In this document: one piece after another, positions 17,972 to 26,965 of the stretch | Layout: the number at the start of each line of letters is the position of its first letter | How positions within the stretch are numbered: the first letter of the stretch is position 1 | From: Parcubacteria group bacterium | GTDB taxonomy: Bacteria > Patescibacteriota > Minisyncoccia > Phycocordibacterales > UBA2135 | Direction: 5' to 3' | Length of the DNA: 64,000 nt | Assembly (NCBI GenBank): GCA_016204045.1 | Contig: JACQLQ010000004.1 | Location: 100,927 to 164,926 of the forward strand | Translations under genes and position numbers: made by a program | Notes under the pieces: model-generated | Database searches by the model: none | Told to the model about the DNA's origin: nothing | What the model saw: only the letters and a program-made list of their open reading frames with translations

Positions 17972-19804
17972 ATGGCAGAGCCCTCCCCCAAGACCGTCCT
18001 GATCGGGCCAGCCGTGGAAACGCTCTTCGCAAGGAGCGTGGAATCCCCCTGGCCCCAAGACATACTGAACGATCCCGATTTGGTCCTGCACTCTGAACTT
18101 CGACAGAAGCTATGTACGGCACTCGACACGCTGTACAAACAGCTACCCGATTCACGTATGGATATTGCCGCGGCTATTGAAATGAGAATCGTCGGGGCAG
18201 ACGCGGTAGCAGAGCTCTATCGGCTTCTCACGGAGTTCCTAGACATTGATCCGAATCATCGTCGGCTCGTGTTGTATCTCCCGTTTGAGCTCCTCCCCCA
18301 CGCAGGTTGGAACCCAGCTTCCAATCTACTCCGCACATCTGCGAAATTGTTTGTAGATTCCTACATGCGCTCTTGGCGAGAGTTACTTGAGGAGACACAC
18401 GTACGAGCCAACTTTGATGACGGCAACATCCTCGAGCCAGCACTCGCCCCGAACGGACAACCCAGAGTCTCGAAGGCGGCACACCTCATCCCGCAACTCA
18501 TGCGCAAGGGACTTATCTCCCCCGATGAAGTGACGGCACTTAAGGACAGTACTTCAAGCGACATCCTGAAAGAGAGTATTGTGGAGGCGCTTTCCGCATT
18601 GGAACCCGTGCTTAAGGCTACGGCCAAGAAAGAACCAGACCATCTTACTTCCTTAAAGGGCTTACCCGACGCAATTGCCTTCGATCTGAAGAAACTCGAC
18701 ATGCGCGAAGCGCTCGACCGTTCGCGAGGCATGCCTGGGGCACGAGTCACATGGGAACGATCTGACCGAGAGGATGCACTTATCTCGAACTACGCTACAC
18801 GCATTGCGGAGGCGTTCTCGAGAAACAGCATCGTATGGGAGGATCTGGCAAAACTTTTGTCCCACACCAACAAAGTGATATGTCTCACCGCAATGCGCGG
18901 AGTACGCCTGGCAGTAGAAGCGCTGGCGGACACCGAGAGAGAGCGGGCGCTAGGCCTTTGTGTAAAATTCGGTGCGCATATCAGGGTAGACATGCCGAAC
19001 GTCTCGGATTTCTCTGATGAACTAGAGAGTCTACTCGCACATTGGGCACACCTTGGATTCGTCACCGAAGGAGACCTGCAGAAGTTCGGGTTCGCCTTGC
19101 CGAGATTGGACGCTCCATTCTCGGGGGCGGGTGCTCTTGCCTCTGACCTTAGAACATTCGACAATGTCACTTCACGGATCGCATCTGACCCAGAGCTCTC
19201 GCGGCTTTTCTATCCAGTGGCAATCTTCTTTGGTTCGCGCCTCAAAGGCTACGCCAAGAAGAATGCTGATCTCGATGCCGCAGTCTTCGTGCGACCCGGC
19301 GTCTTGGAGAGCGAGCTCGGAAAAGTGCGACGTGTGCTTGGGGAACTCTTTACCGGGCGAAACATAGACGGTAAGGTCGTCCAATTCTGGCTTGAGGCTC
19401 GAAAAGGAAGTCTTCACATACGTGACTTACCGGACCCCGATGTCCTTCTTGGTGACAGTACTTGGGTACACCTGCTTTTGGGGAGCGTGTGGCTCGGAGA
19501 AGAATCGGCAGTCCGAGAACTCTATACCAGACTGCTTCCTGGGTTCCTGCGCTCCATAGACAAGATGTCTGATGGACGTAGTATTCGAACATTCTGGCTC
19601 GATGAAATGGAGCGAGAAGTCCTGCAATACCGCTTGCTCCACAAAGGATATGGGCGGTTCTTCCCGCGGAGACTTGGGAAGGTGAACCAGGGTAGTATCG
19701 GACCCAACCCGGAAAGCACGTTTTGGGATTCGGGATACAGACGACTTGCAACAAAGCTCTTTATCTCCCGGGTATTTCTACCCCAATTGAAAACAGTTAT
19801 ATAG
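17972..19804 (+). CDS. Large hypothetical protein with embedded Pol-beta-superfamily nucleotidyltransferase motif
   Basis: FFGSRLKGYAKKNADLDAAVFV fits G[GS]-x9-13-DhD. An ATG at 17972 is preferred over the ATG at 17960, because GAGG lies 8 nt upstream of 17972. Followed by a bidirectional terminator. Confidence 0.55.
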   Translation: MAEPSPKTVLIGPAVETLFARSVESPWPQDILNDPDLVLHSELRQKLCTALDTLYKQLPDSRMDIAAAIEMRIVGADAVAELYRLLTEFLDIDPNHRRLVLYLPFELLPHAGWNPASNLLRTSAKLFVDSYMRSWRELLEETHVRANFDDGNILEPALAPNGQPRVSKAAHLIPQLMRKGLISPDEVTALKDSTSSDILKESIVEALSALEPVLKATAKKEPDHLTSLKGLPDAIAFDLKKLDMREALDRSRGMPGARVTWERSDREDALISNYATRIAEAFSRNSIVWEDLAKLLSHTNKVICLTAMRGVRLAVEALADTERERALGLCVKFGAHIRVDMPNVSDFSDELESLLAHWAHLGFVTEGDLQKFGFALPRLDAPFSGAGALASDLRTFDNVTSRIASDPELSRLFYPVAIFFGSRLKGYAKKNADLDAAVFVRPGVLESELGKVRRVLGELFTGRNIDGKVVQFWLEARKGSLHIRDLPDPDVLLGDSTWVHLLLGSVWLGEESAVRELYTRLLPGFLRSIDKMSDGRSIRTFWLDEMEREVLQYRLLHKGYGRFFPRRLGKVNQGSIGPNPESTFWDSGYRRLATKLFISRVFLPQLKTVI

Positions 19805-19814
19805 TAAATAAATA

Positions 19815-19842
19815 AGGGCAGTGAGTATCTCACTGCCCTTTT
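19815..19842. terminator. Bidirectional terminator between convergent genes
   Basis: agggcagtgag-tatc-tcactgccct followed by TTTT. Confidence 0.55.
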
Positions 19843-21257
19843 GTAATATCTATTTTATCTTGTTCCGTCGGACCGATAGACACGGCAGCGACGGGAACAC
19901 CAAGATTTTTTTGTATTGTAGAAACGCAAAGATCAATGAACGACTCCTTCGCATTCCCAGAGGGAATGACATGCGTCGTAAGTTTCGGTCTGCACTTGAG
20001 AAGTGCCTGGCCAAGCTTTTCTTGGCGCTGAAGGTGCTCTGCCCCTTCAGCGTCTTTCCGAGCCTTAATCCCCGTGACGATTCCTCGATCGATCTTCAGA
20101 AGATGCTCTGCATCTGGCACGTTGTCGACAATATCATACGCGTCGCACACCTGCCATGATCCCCTGCTCCATATCCGATCGAGACATGTAATGACGAGGT
20201 CATCGATTGCTCCGGGACCGCATGCTTCCAACGCGTAGCGGGCGGCCAACATGTCGAAATGTCCGACACGGAAGTTGCCCTGCCATGGGTGTTCTTTGTT
20301 GACGGCATCTGGCAACTCTAATGCAAGCTCGGACGCTTCAGTGACAAATGGACCTCCGCCGTGCCGCGTGTGATAGGCGCGGAGAATGCCCAAACTTTGC
20401 ACAGCTCCATCATAGTCGCATTCGCGCAAGATGCTCTGCGCCATTTGGGGAATCGTGCGCACTTTCGTCGTATGCGGATGAAAGCCCTGATACCGATCGA
20501 GGAGTACTCCTTGAGAACCCTCAAAGACTACTGTCCCCTCTCTACCAAGTATCTTTTCTGCCACGTATGTATCGTCGACAATGCGCACCTGCCCCACAAG
20601 GTCACCGAAGCGTTCGACTGCCCACTCGACGGTATCGGAATCTTCCATGTCTGCAAGTTCGGCAAGGACACGATGGCGCACATCGGGTGGAACAGTGCTT
20701 GCGCGATCCGCAAATTCCTCGAACTCCGTCCATTTGCAGCGCTGAATGGCTTCCAATTTCTCTCGTAGCAGATCAGTGTTATGCAAATCCTTGATCCTAA
20801 TAGCTCCATCGTTCAAGACTTCGGAGTCAAGCACCGTCTCGCCGACACCAATACCGACAGAGCCGCGTCGCCCCTGGCCACGCATGAGTTCGCGGACACG
20901 GCCGGCAATGGCTTGAAATGGAGTGATGACAAGAGCGTCTTCGTGAATGGTCATGATGTCCAATGCACCGCGAACACCACTCTTCTCTCGCAACCATTCT
21001 TCTTCTTTAAGTATCGCAGCCGGATCGACGAGCATATGCTTCGAGAGATGCGTACCTGCACCCTCAAATGTGCCGGAGCCAAACTGCGAGAAGACGTGCT
21101 CTCTGCCATCTCTACACACCACGTGATGCAGGGCTTGCGGCCCGCCTGTGCGAATCACTGTGTGCGCTTTGTGCTTGCGCGACAACCAGTGCGTCGTAGT
21201 ACCCTTGCCTTCATCTCCATACCCGAGTCCTGTCACTATAAACGCTTTTCTCGTCAT
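19830..21257 (-). CDS. purA: Adenylosuccinate synthetase
   Basis: N-terminal P-loop GLGYGDEGKGTTTHWL matches the GDEGKGK family signature. Length is 475 aa. SD AAGGAGGA precedes the start. Confidence 0.85.
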   Translation of the reverse strand: MTRKAFIVTGLGYGDEGKGTTTHWLSRKHKAHTVIRTGGPQALHHVVCRDGREHVFSQFGSGTFEGAGTHLSKHMLVDPAAILKEEEWLREKSGVRGALDIMTIHEDALVITPFQAIAGRVRELMRGQGRRGSVGIGVGETVLDSEVLNDGAIRIKDLHNTDLLREKLEAIQRCKWTEFEEFADRASTVPPDVRHRVLAELADMEDSDTVEWAVERFGDLVGQVRIVDDTYVAEKILGREGTVVFEGSQGVLLDRYQGFHPHTTKVRTIPQMAQSILRECDYDGAVQSLGILRAYHTRHGGGPFVTEASELALELPDAVNKEHPWQGNFRVGHFDMLAARYALEACGPGAIDDLVITCLDRIWSRGSWQVCDAYDIVDNVPDAEHLLKIDRGIVTGIKARKDAEGAEHLQRQEKLGQALLKCRPKLTTHVIPSGNAKESFIDLCVSTIQKNLGVPVAAVSIGPTEQDKIDITKGQ

Positions 21258-21326
21258 CGCGGCTCCTCCTTTCGTTTCGTGTTTAGAAAACAGGGCGGTC
21301 CTGTGGGCCGCCCTGGCTTGGAGACA

Positions 21327-22439
21327 TTATAGTTTCCAATCCGGCTTCTCTTTACCTTTGGGGGCCGGCTTCTTGTCCTTTGACTTTGAACGCGGAGGAG
21401 AACCCTTTGTCCCGATCGGCCAGATGTCCTCGCGGCTCGCAAACGTGGCACCCGCCATAGGAATCTTGTCGAAATTCGGAAGCGTAGTCTGAAGACCAAT
21501 GGGAATTCCAGAACATGCCTCGACGATACGCTTCGCTTCGGAAGCTGTGACTTTAGCTTCCTTGAGGAAGTCGACTGCGCTCTGAAGATCGAGTACACCT
21601 TCGGTGAGTCCGATGATGACGGCCTGTACTTCGGCAAGGTCTTCTGTCTTTGGCAACCGAATAACACGTTCCTCGCCGAGGACCTTCGACCACCACTCTG
21701 CGGTGTAGCGATTGTTTCCAACCTGCAGGAAAAAGCCATGCCAGTTTCGGAGCAACTTCTTCGCGACTTCAACCGTCGAAGGCAATGACTGGGGTGAACC
21801 CTTACCAAATGCCTTTTCGAGGACTGATGGTCCGAAGACCTGCTCAAGCACTCGCCCATCGAATGAATCGCGCCCAATCTCATCGCCTACCGAGAAGTAG
21901 TAGCCACGAAGCCCGTACTCGGTAATTGCTGCCCTGGTGAGATGTGCTGCTGCAAAAAGTCCGAGCTGATAATCTTCGGTGGAATCCCCACCACTTCTCT
22001 CGGGAACCAAGAGCCCCATCTGCCGTTCGACTTCATTGTCTGGCTCGAACATGGAACGCTGGTAGGGAAATTGATCAACACGGTCCTGCACGACGCCGGT
22101 GCACAACTGTGCGTGATAACGGCGCAATACTGCATTCCCACCCTGTATGAGCAGATTCTGCACCTTGGGCTGCACCTTGAAAGCAATCTCCACGTTGCCA
22201 CCCATTGAGCCAGTCGTATCGACATCCGTCTCGACGGGTATCGCGACACCGAACTTGAGCTCAAATTCATCGCTCCCGGGTACGGGCACGAGAAGGTTGT
22301 TCGCTTCGCGGATGACACCCCGCTCTTTGGGGTCCACAAGAGAATCGAGGCCTTTGCCTTGTTTGGCGCGCTGTTCGCCCTCAAATGTTACCGAGCCAAG
22401 CTTTTTCGCCACAGCGGCTCTCGAAGTATAGTCGGCCAT
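21327..22439 (-). CDS. von Willebrand factor A (vWA) domain protein, paralog 1, with Lys-rich ...WKL C-terminus
   Basis: MIDAS-like DVDTTGSMGG. Shares several blocks with the ORF at 23808..24854 (GGxxxxY, GDEIG/GDEG, RVIRLPK/RVILLPK, KGKExxxWKL). Start at the ATG at 22439 is a best guess; the listed ORF runs to 22538. Confidence 0.55.
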   Translation of the reverse strand: MADYTSRAAVAKKLGSVTFEGEQRAKQGKGLDSLVDPKERGVIREANNLLVPVPGSDEFELKFGVAIPVETDVDTTGSMGGNVEIAFKVQPKVQNLLIQGGNAVLRRYHAQLCTGVVQDRVDQFPYQRSMFEPDNEVERQMGLLVPERSGGDSTEDYQLGLFAAAHLTRAAITEYGLRGYYFSVGDEIGRDSFDGRVLEQVFGPSVLEKAFGKGSPQSLPSTVEVAKKLLRNWHGFFLQVGNNRYTAEWWSKVLGEERVIRLPKTEDLAEVQAVIIGLTEGVLDLQSAVDFLKEAKVTASEAKRIVEACSGIPIGLQTTLPNFDKIPMAGATFASREDIWPIGTKGSPPRSKSKDKKPAPKGKEKPDWKL

Positions 22440-22717
22440 AGAGAATGTGCCTTTAGTTCTCACGGGCGGTCTCCTTGTGAAAGAGCTTTTTCGCCGGAAA
22501 TCACTGTCTTGTGTTTCGGCGCCACCAGCAGTGTACATCGCTTGTCGACCCGTGTCAAAACTGGTCTCTAGGGGTCGCTCGCTCTCTACACGTGGTGTCT
22601 ACTTGGTATCGTATCAGGAAGAGAGTAAGTGTCAAGTATACACTATGTTACAACCCAAAGGCTGGTGTGAGTCAACAAAAAACCTGGGGGGTCGTCCCAG
22701 GTTGTTACTTCTATGTA

Positions 22718-23656
22718 TCAGATCGGATTGGCGGTCGTATATTCCTGCCAAAAGGCAAGCGCTTCTTTTGAATGCTCGCGAGAAATCTCATCGCACAGCA
22801 TGAAGTGCTTGAAGCCCAGTATACGCATCAACTCAATGTCGGAAATATCCGCCATAGAGACTCCTCCCCCATCAAGTCCCAGGAGAAGGCGTGAGGCACA
22901 GATCGCGCGCGGATCTTTCTCTGCAATCTCGCGGAGTGCACCGACCATTTTCCCCACACCAATCTGAATCATCAAATCATCGCGCGCAGCCATCAGTCGA
23001 TACGGACTGCCGTTTGAGAAATGCTTTTGCTCAAGCCCGCGCACGAACTCAACTCCCGCTTGTGATTCGATCTTCAATACAATTTCGCATTCTTCAAGAG
23101 ACACCGCTCCTCGAGAATGCCGCTCGATGGCTTCTTCGAGTTCACGAACATCATCCCTGCTTTCGATAAAAGAAAGCATGAACCGCCTAATCCCCTGTTC
23201 CAGTGCCGCTTTGATATATTCGTGGTCGAGAGGAAGAAGACCGCCCTCAATCGTAAGTCTCTTGGCGAGTATGTTCACTGACTGCCCCTTGCCGACGAAT
23301 TTCGGTTTGGAGTCTACAAAGAGCTCATTACCACGCCGCACCTCACGGAGTTCACACGGCTGATCGCCACGCAAATATACTGTTGCTGGCAATTCTACCG
23401 AAATACCGTGGTTGAGGATAATCGGGCTATCGGGCACCACAGCCCATTCGATAATGCGGAGTTGTCTACCCTTCAAATCAACATAGAAAGGCTTATTGAG
23501 CGGCTTTGCAAGCGCTTGAATGCGCTCCAGTGCCCCATATGGGCCGCATACAGACTCTACTCCTGTGTTGTATCGAACTGCTTCAACAATCGGATTCGCA
23601 ACAATCGATCGCAAAAGTTCACTCTGGTGTACGGGCGGTAAGCTAGAGATGAGCAT
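22718..23656 (-). CDS. Standalone PK/HpcH/CitE-superfamily (beta/alpha)8-barrel protein (pyruvate-kinase-barrel-like)
   Basis: IVLKIESQAGVEF and LMAARDDLMIQIG match the pyruvate kinase active-site signature (KIEN...MVARGDLG), which is also seen in HpcH and CitE. At 313-319 aa it is too short for a full PK. Confidence 0.5.
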   Translation of the reverse strand: MLISSLPPVHQSELLRSIVANPIVEAVRYNTGVESVCGPYGALERIQALAKPLNKPFYVDLKGRQLRIIEWAVVPDSPIILNHGISVELPATVYLRGDQPCELREVRRGNELFVDSKPKFVGKGQSVNILAKRLTIEGGLLPLDHEYIKAALEQGIRRFMLSFIESRDDVRELEEAIERHSRGAVSLEECEIVLKIESQAGVEFVRGLEQKHFSNGSPYRLMAARDDLMIQIGVGKMVGALREIAEKDPRAICASRLLLGLDGGGVSMADISDIELMRILGFKHFMLCDEISREHSKEALAFWQEYTTANPI

Positions 23657-23807
23657 GGGCAATGTCTCCCCTACCACGGACTATCTGCACAAGGAATACC
23701 ACATATATTGCACTCATGTCAATGTCTATGTGTTTAAGTATTGCAATAAAAAACCGCAAGCGATGCGTCGCCTGCAGTGTGCTATCTCTCTAGCTTCTAT
23801 GTGTGTG

Positions 23808-24854
23808 TTAGAGCTTCCAGCTCTGGTCTTTGTTACCCTCATCCTTGCCCTTAGCGCCTGGCTTTTTCTTTTTCTTCGTCCCGGTATCTTTGGGCGGGTC
23901 TTCATCTGAGGTCGAACGCGCAGCCTTGATTGGCTTGAAGTTCTTTAGCGGCTCAAGTGCTGCCGCGACCTGGCGAATGCGTTCAGGCGACTGTGGTTCG
24001 TAGACAACATCTTGTCCCAAGTTGAGTGGCCGTGTCCGCATATCTTCCAGGTACTCGGCAAGAGTTCGCGCGCCCGAGACGATAGCGTAGACCCCGAGCG
24101 TGACGTCGCCAATGGCAAGGTCGCCATCGTCGCCCTTCGGGAGTAGGATCACCCTATCCCTACCAAGAGCTTCGCGCCATTCGCTCACAATGCGAGCATC
24201 CAATTCGTTTGGATAATGCCGATGAATGAGCAACGCATTACCCTTAAATTTCTTCACAAGATCAGCAAACACCTTGTTCGCGGTCGTATCCTGGTGCTCT
24301 CCACCAAAATGTTCGCTAAGATCCGCACCATAAAGTTGCGGATAGAATCCCTCATCTCCCGTGAAGAGGAAAATGGGCACTTCGGCGTTCGGCATGTCAA
24401 AGAGGTATGCATAGTAATACGCGACCACTTCATACGACTCCCTGTGTTGACCGCCACCACCGCCCTCAAAGTAAATTTTCTTGAAGTACTTATCGAGGTT
24501 CCGTAAGGCGGAAAAGTCTGCCATTTGGAGCGGGGCATTATCCCAGGTGATGTCACCAACCGCGGACAGACTCATCTCGGGTTCCCGAAGATAGTCACGC
24601 GCTACAATCTGACCAACAATGCCTGGCCACTTGTCGTAGATGATCTTGGGCAGTCTACCCATGGACCCAGTCACATCAAAGGCATAGACCAGAGGGCTTC
24701 GCGCACTGCACACGAGTCTGCGATTTTTTGGCAAGAACGATGGGTCAACTCTCGCCTGGGAAAGGTCTCTCTCTGCAACGCTCGTAAATCCACTTGCTGT
24801 ACGAAGCGCTTTGCTAGTTACGTCACGACCATAGAAGTCGCCGCTACCACCCAT
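23808..24854 (-). CDS. von Willebrand factor A (vWA) domain protein, paralog 2, with Lys-rich ...WKL C-terminus
   Basis: MIDAS-like FDVTGSMGR. SD GGAGGA precedes the ATG at 24854. C-terminal KKKKKPGAKGKDEGNKDQSWKL. Confidence 0.6.
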   Translation of the reverse strand: MGGSGDFYGRDVTSKALRTASGFTSVAERDLSQARVDPSFLPKNRRLVCSARSPLVYAFDVTGSMGRLPKIIYDKWPGIVGQIVARDYLREPEMSLSAVGDITWDNAPLQMADFSALRNLDKYFKKIYFEGGGGGQHRESYEVVAYYYAYLFDMPNAEVPIFLFTGDEGFYPQLYGADLSEHFGGEHQDTTANKVFADLVKKFKGNALLIHRHYPNELDARIVSEWREALGRDRVILLPKGDDGDLAIGDVTLGVYAIVSGARTLAEYLEDMRTRPLNLGQDVVYEPQSPERIRQVAAALEPLKNFKPIKAARSTSDEDPPKDTGTKKKKKPGAKGKDEGNKDQSWKL

Positions 24855-24984
24855 GGGAGATCCTCCTTTCAAGGATCTTGTGTAGAAACTGCCCTCACCA
24901 TAACGGAAGGATGCTCCATTGTCAATAATGCCAAAAGAAAAAGCCTCGGCATGAATATGCCGAGGCGTATGACGATAAAGAACG

Positions 24985-26955
24985 TTAGGCGACAGCAACG
25001 GCTTCGCCACCGTTGACGATATTCCGCGCCTCGATTTGCGCAATGATCTCGGCTCCACCCGGAACCAAGTCGCGCTCCTTAATATCCTCGATAATCTCTC
25101 TCGCATTTTCGGGCAAGAGTCTGCGAGAAGAAGACTCTGAAATCGCAAGAAGTGTCATGAGGTCAATCTCTGTTTGACTCGCCGAAGGAATGAAGTCCTC
25201 GATCGATGCCCGAAGTGCCTCATCATCAACCTTGTCCTTGCGCATCTCACCCGCAAACTTGAATGCCTTGAGCGTAATCGCTTCAACATCAGCTCCGGAG
25301 CGCCCCTTGACCATTGCGGCGAAGGGGGCAAAATTGGTTACCGAATTCGGAATATCGTATCGGCGAAACATGACCGTAAAGATCGAGGCGATCTCCACCT
25401 CTGTTGGCATCAAAAGCGCAATACGATCATCGCTCCGACCGCTCCGCTTCAGCGCGGCATCCATGCGATCGGGCCTGTTGGTACAGTTGATCATGAGGAT
25501 ACGCCCGCGAATCTTCGGATCAGAAAGGAACTCCATCCACGCGCGCATAATGCGTTCCGAGACACCGGAGTCGCCCTTTGGCGAATCGCGGTTTGCCTCT
25601 CCCAAGTCTACCTCATCGTTCATGACGATGACTGGCGCAAGCGCCCACAGCCCTTGGATCTGAAGCTCGGTCCGTTCTTCGGACTGCCCCACCCACATTG
25701 ACCGCGCGTTTTTCATTCTAACGAAGTTGAAACGAGCGCCCTTGGCGAGAGCCTGACCCAAAGCAGTCTTGCCCGTGCCTGGGGGACCCATAAGGGTAAC
25801 GCCCTGTGGAATGAGACGTATCTCGTTCCTGGTGATAGCATCGATCACGTTCGCAAAGTATCTCTTTACTTTCTCCAAGCCGCCGATCTCATTGAGGCTC
25901 CACTGCGGTTCGACGATTTCCATCACTGACCCATATTCGGCATTCAAGATTTCGTTCTTCCTCGCCTTTACGAAAGAAAGGTCAATTGGACGTTTCGCCT
26001 GCGCGGCAGTACGGAAGACCTCGAGGATCTGCCGCAAGCTCAGGCCTTGTGTCGCGTTAACGAATGCGTTGAGATCAAAATCTTCGGGGACTTCAAAGTG
26101 CGGAGGAAACTCTTGCAGGCGTTCCTCTAGCCCTTCAATCTCCTCTGTTGTCTCACTCTTCGCGCTACCCTTGGCACGCGGAAGCTTCTTCTTCAACGCG
26201 CTCAACTGGGCTTCAATCTCCTGCTCTTCTGGCAGACCATACGCCTGGCGTTCGATATAGCATCTGCGCTCCTCGGCCGTCGGCTTCGGAATAAAGACGC
26301 TACTAATTCTGGCTGATGACTGACGCAACTCACCGGAGACCTTGGTCGCGAGATCAGTAAGAAGCAATACGATATTGCTCCGCTTCTTTACGCGAGAATC
26401 CTGCGCCCACGCACGAAGTCGTGCAATATGCGTCCGCTCCGCAGCGAGAAGCGCTCCACCTGTCGACTCGGGCACAATAAGATGTGCTGATTCGATAACC
26501 ACGGCAACGCGCTCCATATCTTTGAGCACTTTCTCAATGAGGGGCAAGCACAGCTCCGGTTCGCGAGGGAGTTGCCGCTTTGCGGCAAGCCCAGCCTTCG
26601 CGGCGGCAACGGCGTCTTTCGCGGCTTTTGCCGCGTCTTCCTCACTTTGGAGCCCCGCGACCTTGCGAAACTCCCTTTCCATGTCAGGGGTGAGAAAACG
26701 AAGACCTGTCGCGATGTCGTAGAAAATCACCATCTCTTGCGCGCTCAACAAGCGCTTGAAGAACTCGTGAAGTGGAATATACGGATACCGCGGCTCATCT
26801 TCTACTTCTGGGTTTGGCACGAGGCAATTGATGTCACCGTGCAACAAGAAGACCGAGGAGATAGACGATACACCACGATTGAACTTGTCGAGCACTCCCG
26901 CCGTAAACCACGGGGGCACCTTGGGAAGCACTGGGGCGGCGGTCTTGTCTTTCAT
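24985..26955 (-). CDS. Classic-clade AAA+ ATPase with long N-terminal region (possibly a degenerate D1 domain)
   Basis: Walker A GPPGTGKT, Walker B VIVMNDEVD, and second region of homology NRPDRMDAALKRSGRSDDRI. SD AAGGAGA lies 7 nt before the ATG at 26955, 11 nt after the upstream stop. Confidence 0.8.
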   Translation of the reverse strand: MKDKTAAPVLPKVPPWFTAGVLDKFNRGVSSISSVFLLHGDINCLVPNPEVEDEPRYPYIPLHEFFKRLLSAQEMVIFYDIATGLRFLTPDMEREFRKVAGLQSEEDAAKAAKDAVAAAKAGLAAKRQLPREPELCLPLIEKVLKDMERVAVVIESAHLIVPESTGGALLAAERTHIARLRAWAQDSRVKKRSNIVLLLTDLATKVSGELRQSSARISSVFIPKPTAEERRCYIERQAYGLPEEQEIEAQLSALKKKLPRAKGSAKSETTEEIEGLEERLQEFPPHFEVPEDFDLNAFVNATQGLSLRQILEVFRTAAQAKRPIDLSFVKARKNEILNAEYGSVMEIVEPQWSLNEIGGLEKVKRYFANVIDAITRNEIRLIPQGVTLMGPPGTGKTALGQALAKGARFNFVRMKNARSMWVGQSEERTELQIQGLWALAPVIVMNDEVDLGEANRDSPKGDSGVSERIMRAWMEFLSDPKIRGRILMINCTNRPDRMDAALKRSGRSDDRIALLMPTEVEIASIFTVMFRRYDIPNSVTNFAPFAAMVKGRSGADVEAITLKAFKFAGEMRKDKVDDEALRASIEDFIPSASQTEIDLMTLLAISESSSRRLLPENAREIIEDIKERDLVPGGAEIIAQIEARNIVNGGEAVAVA

Positions 26956-26965
26956 CGGCTTCTCC

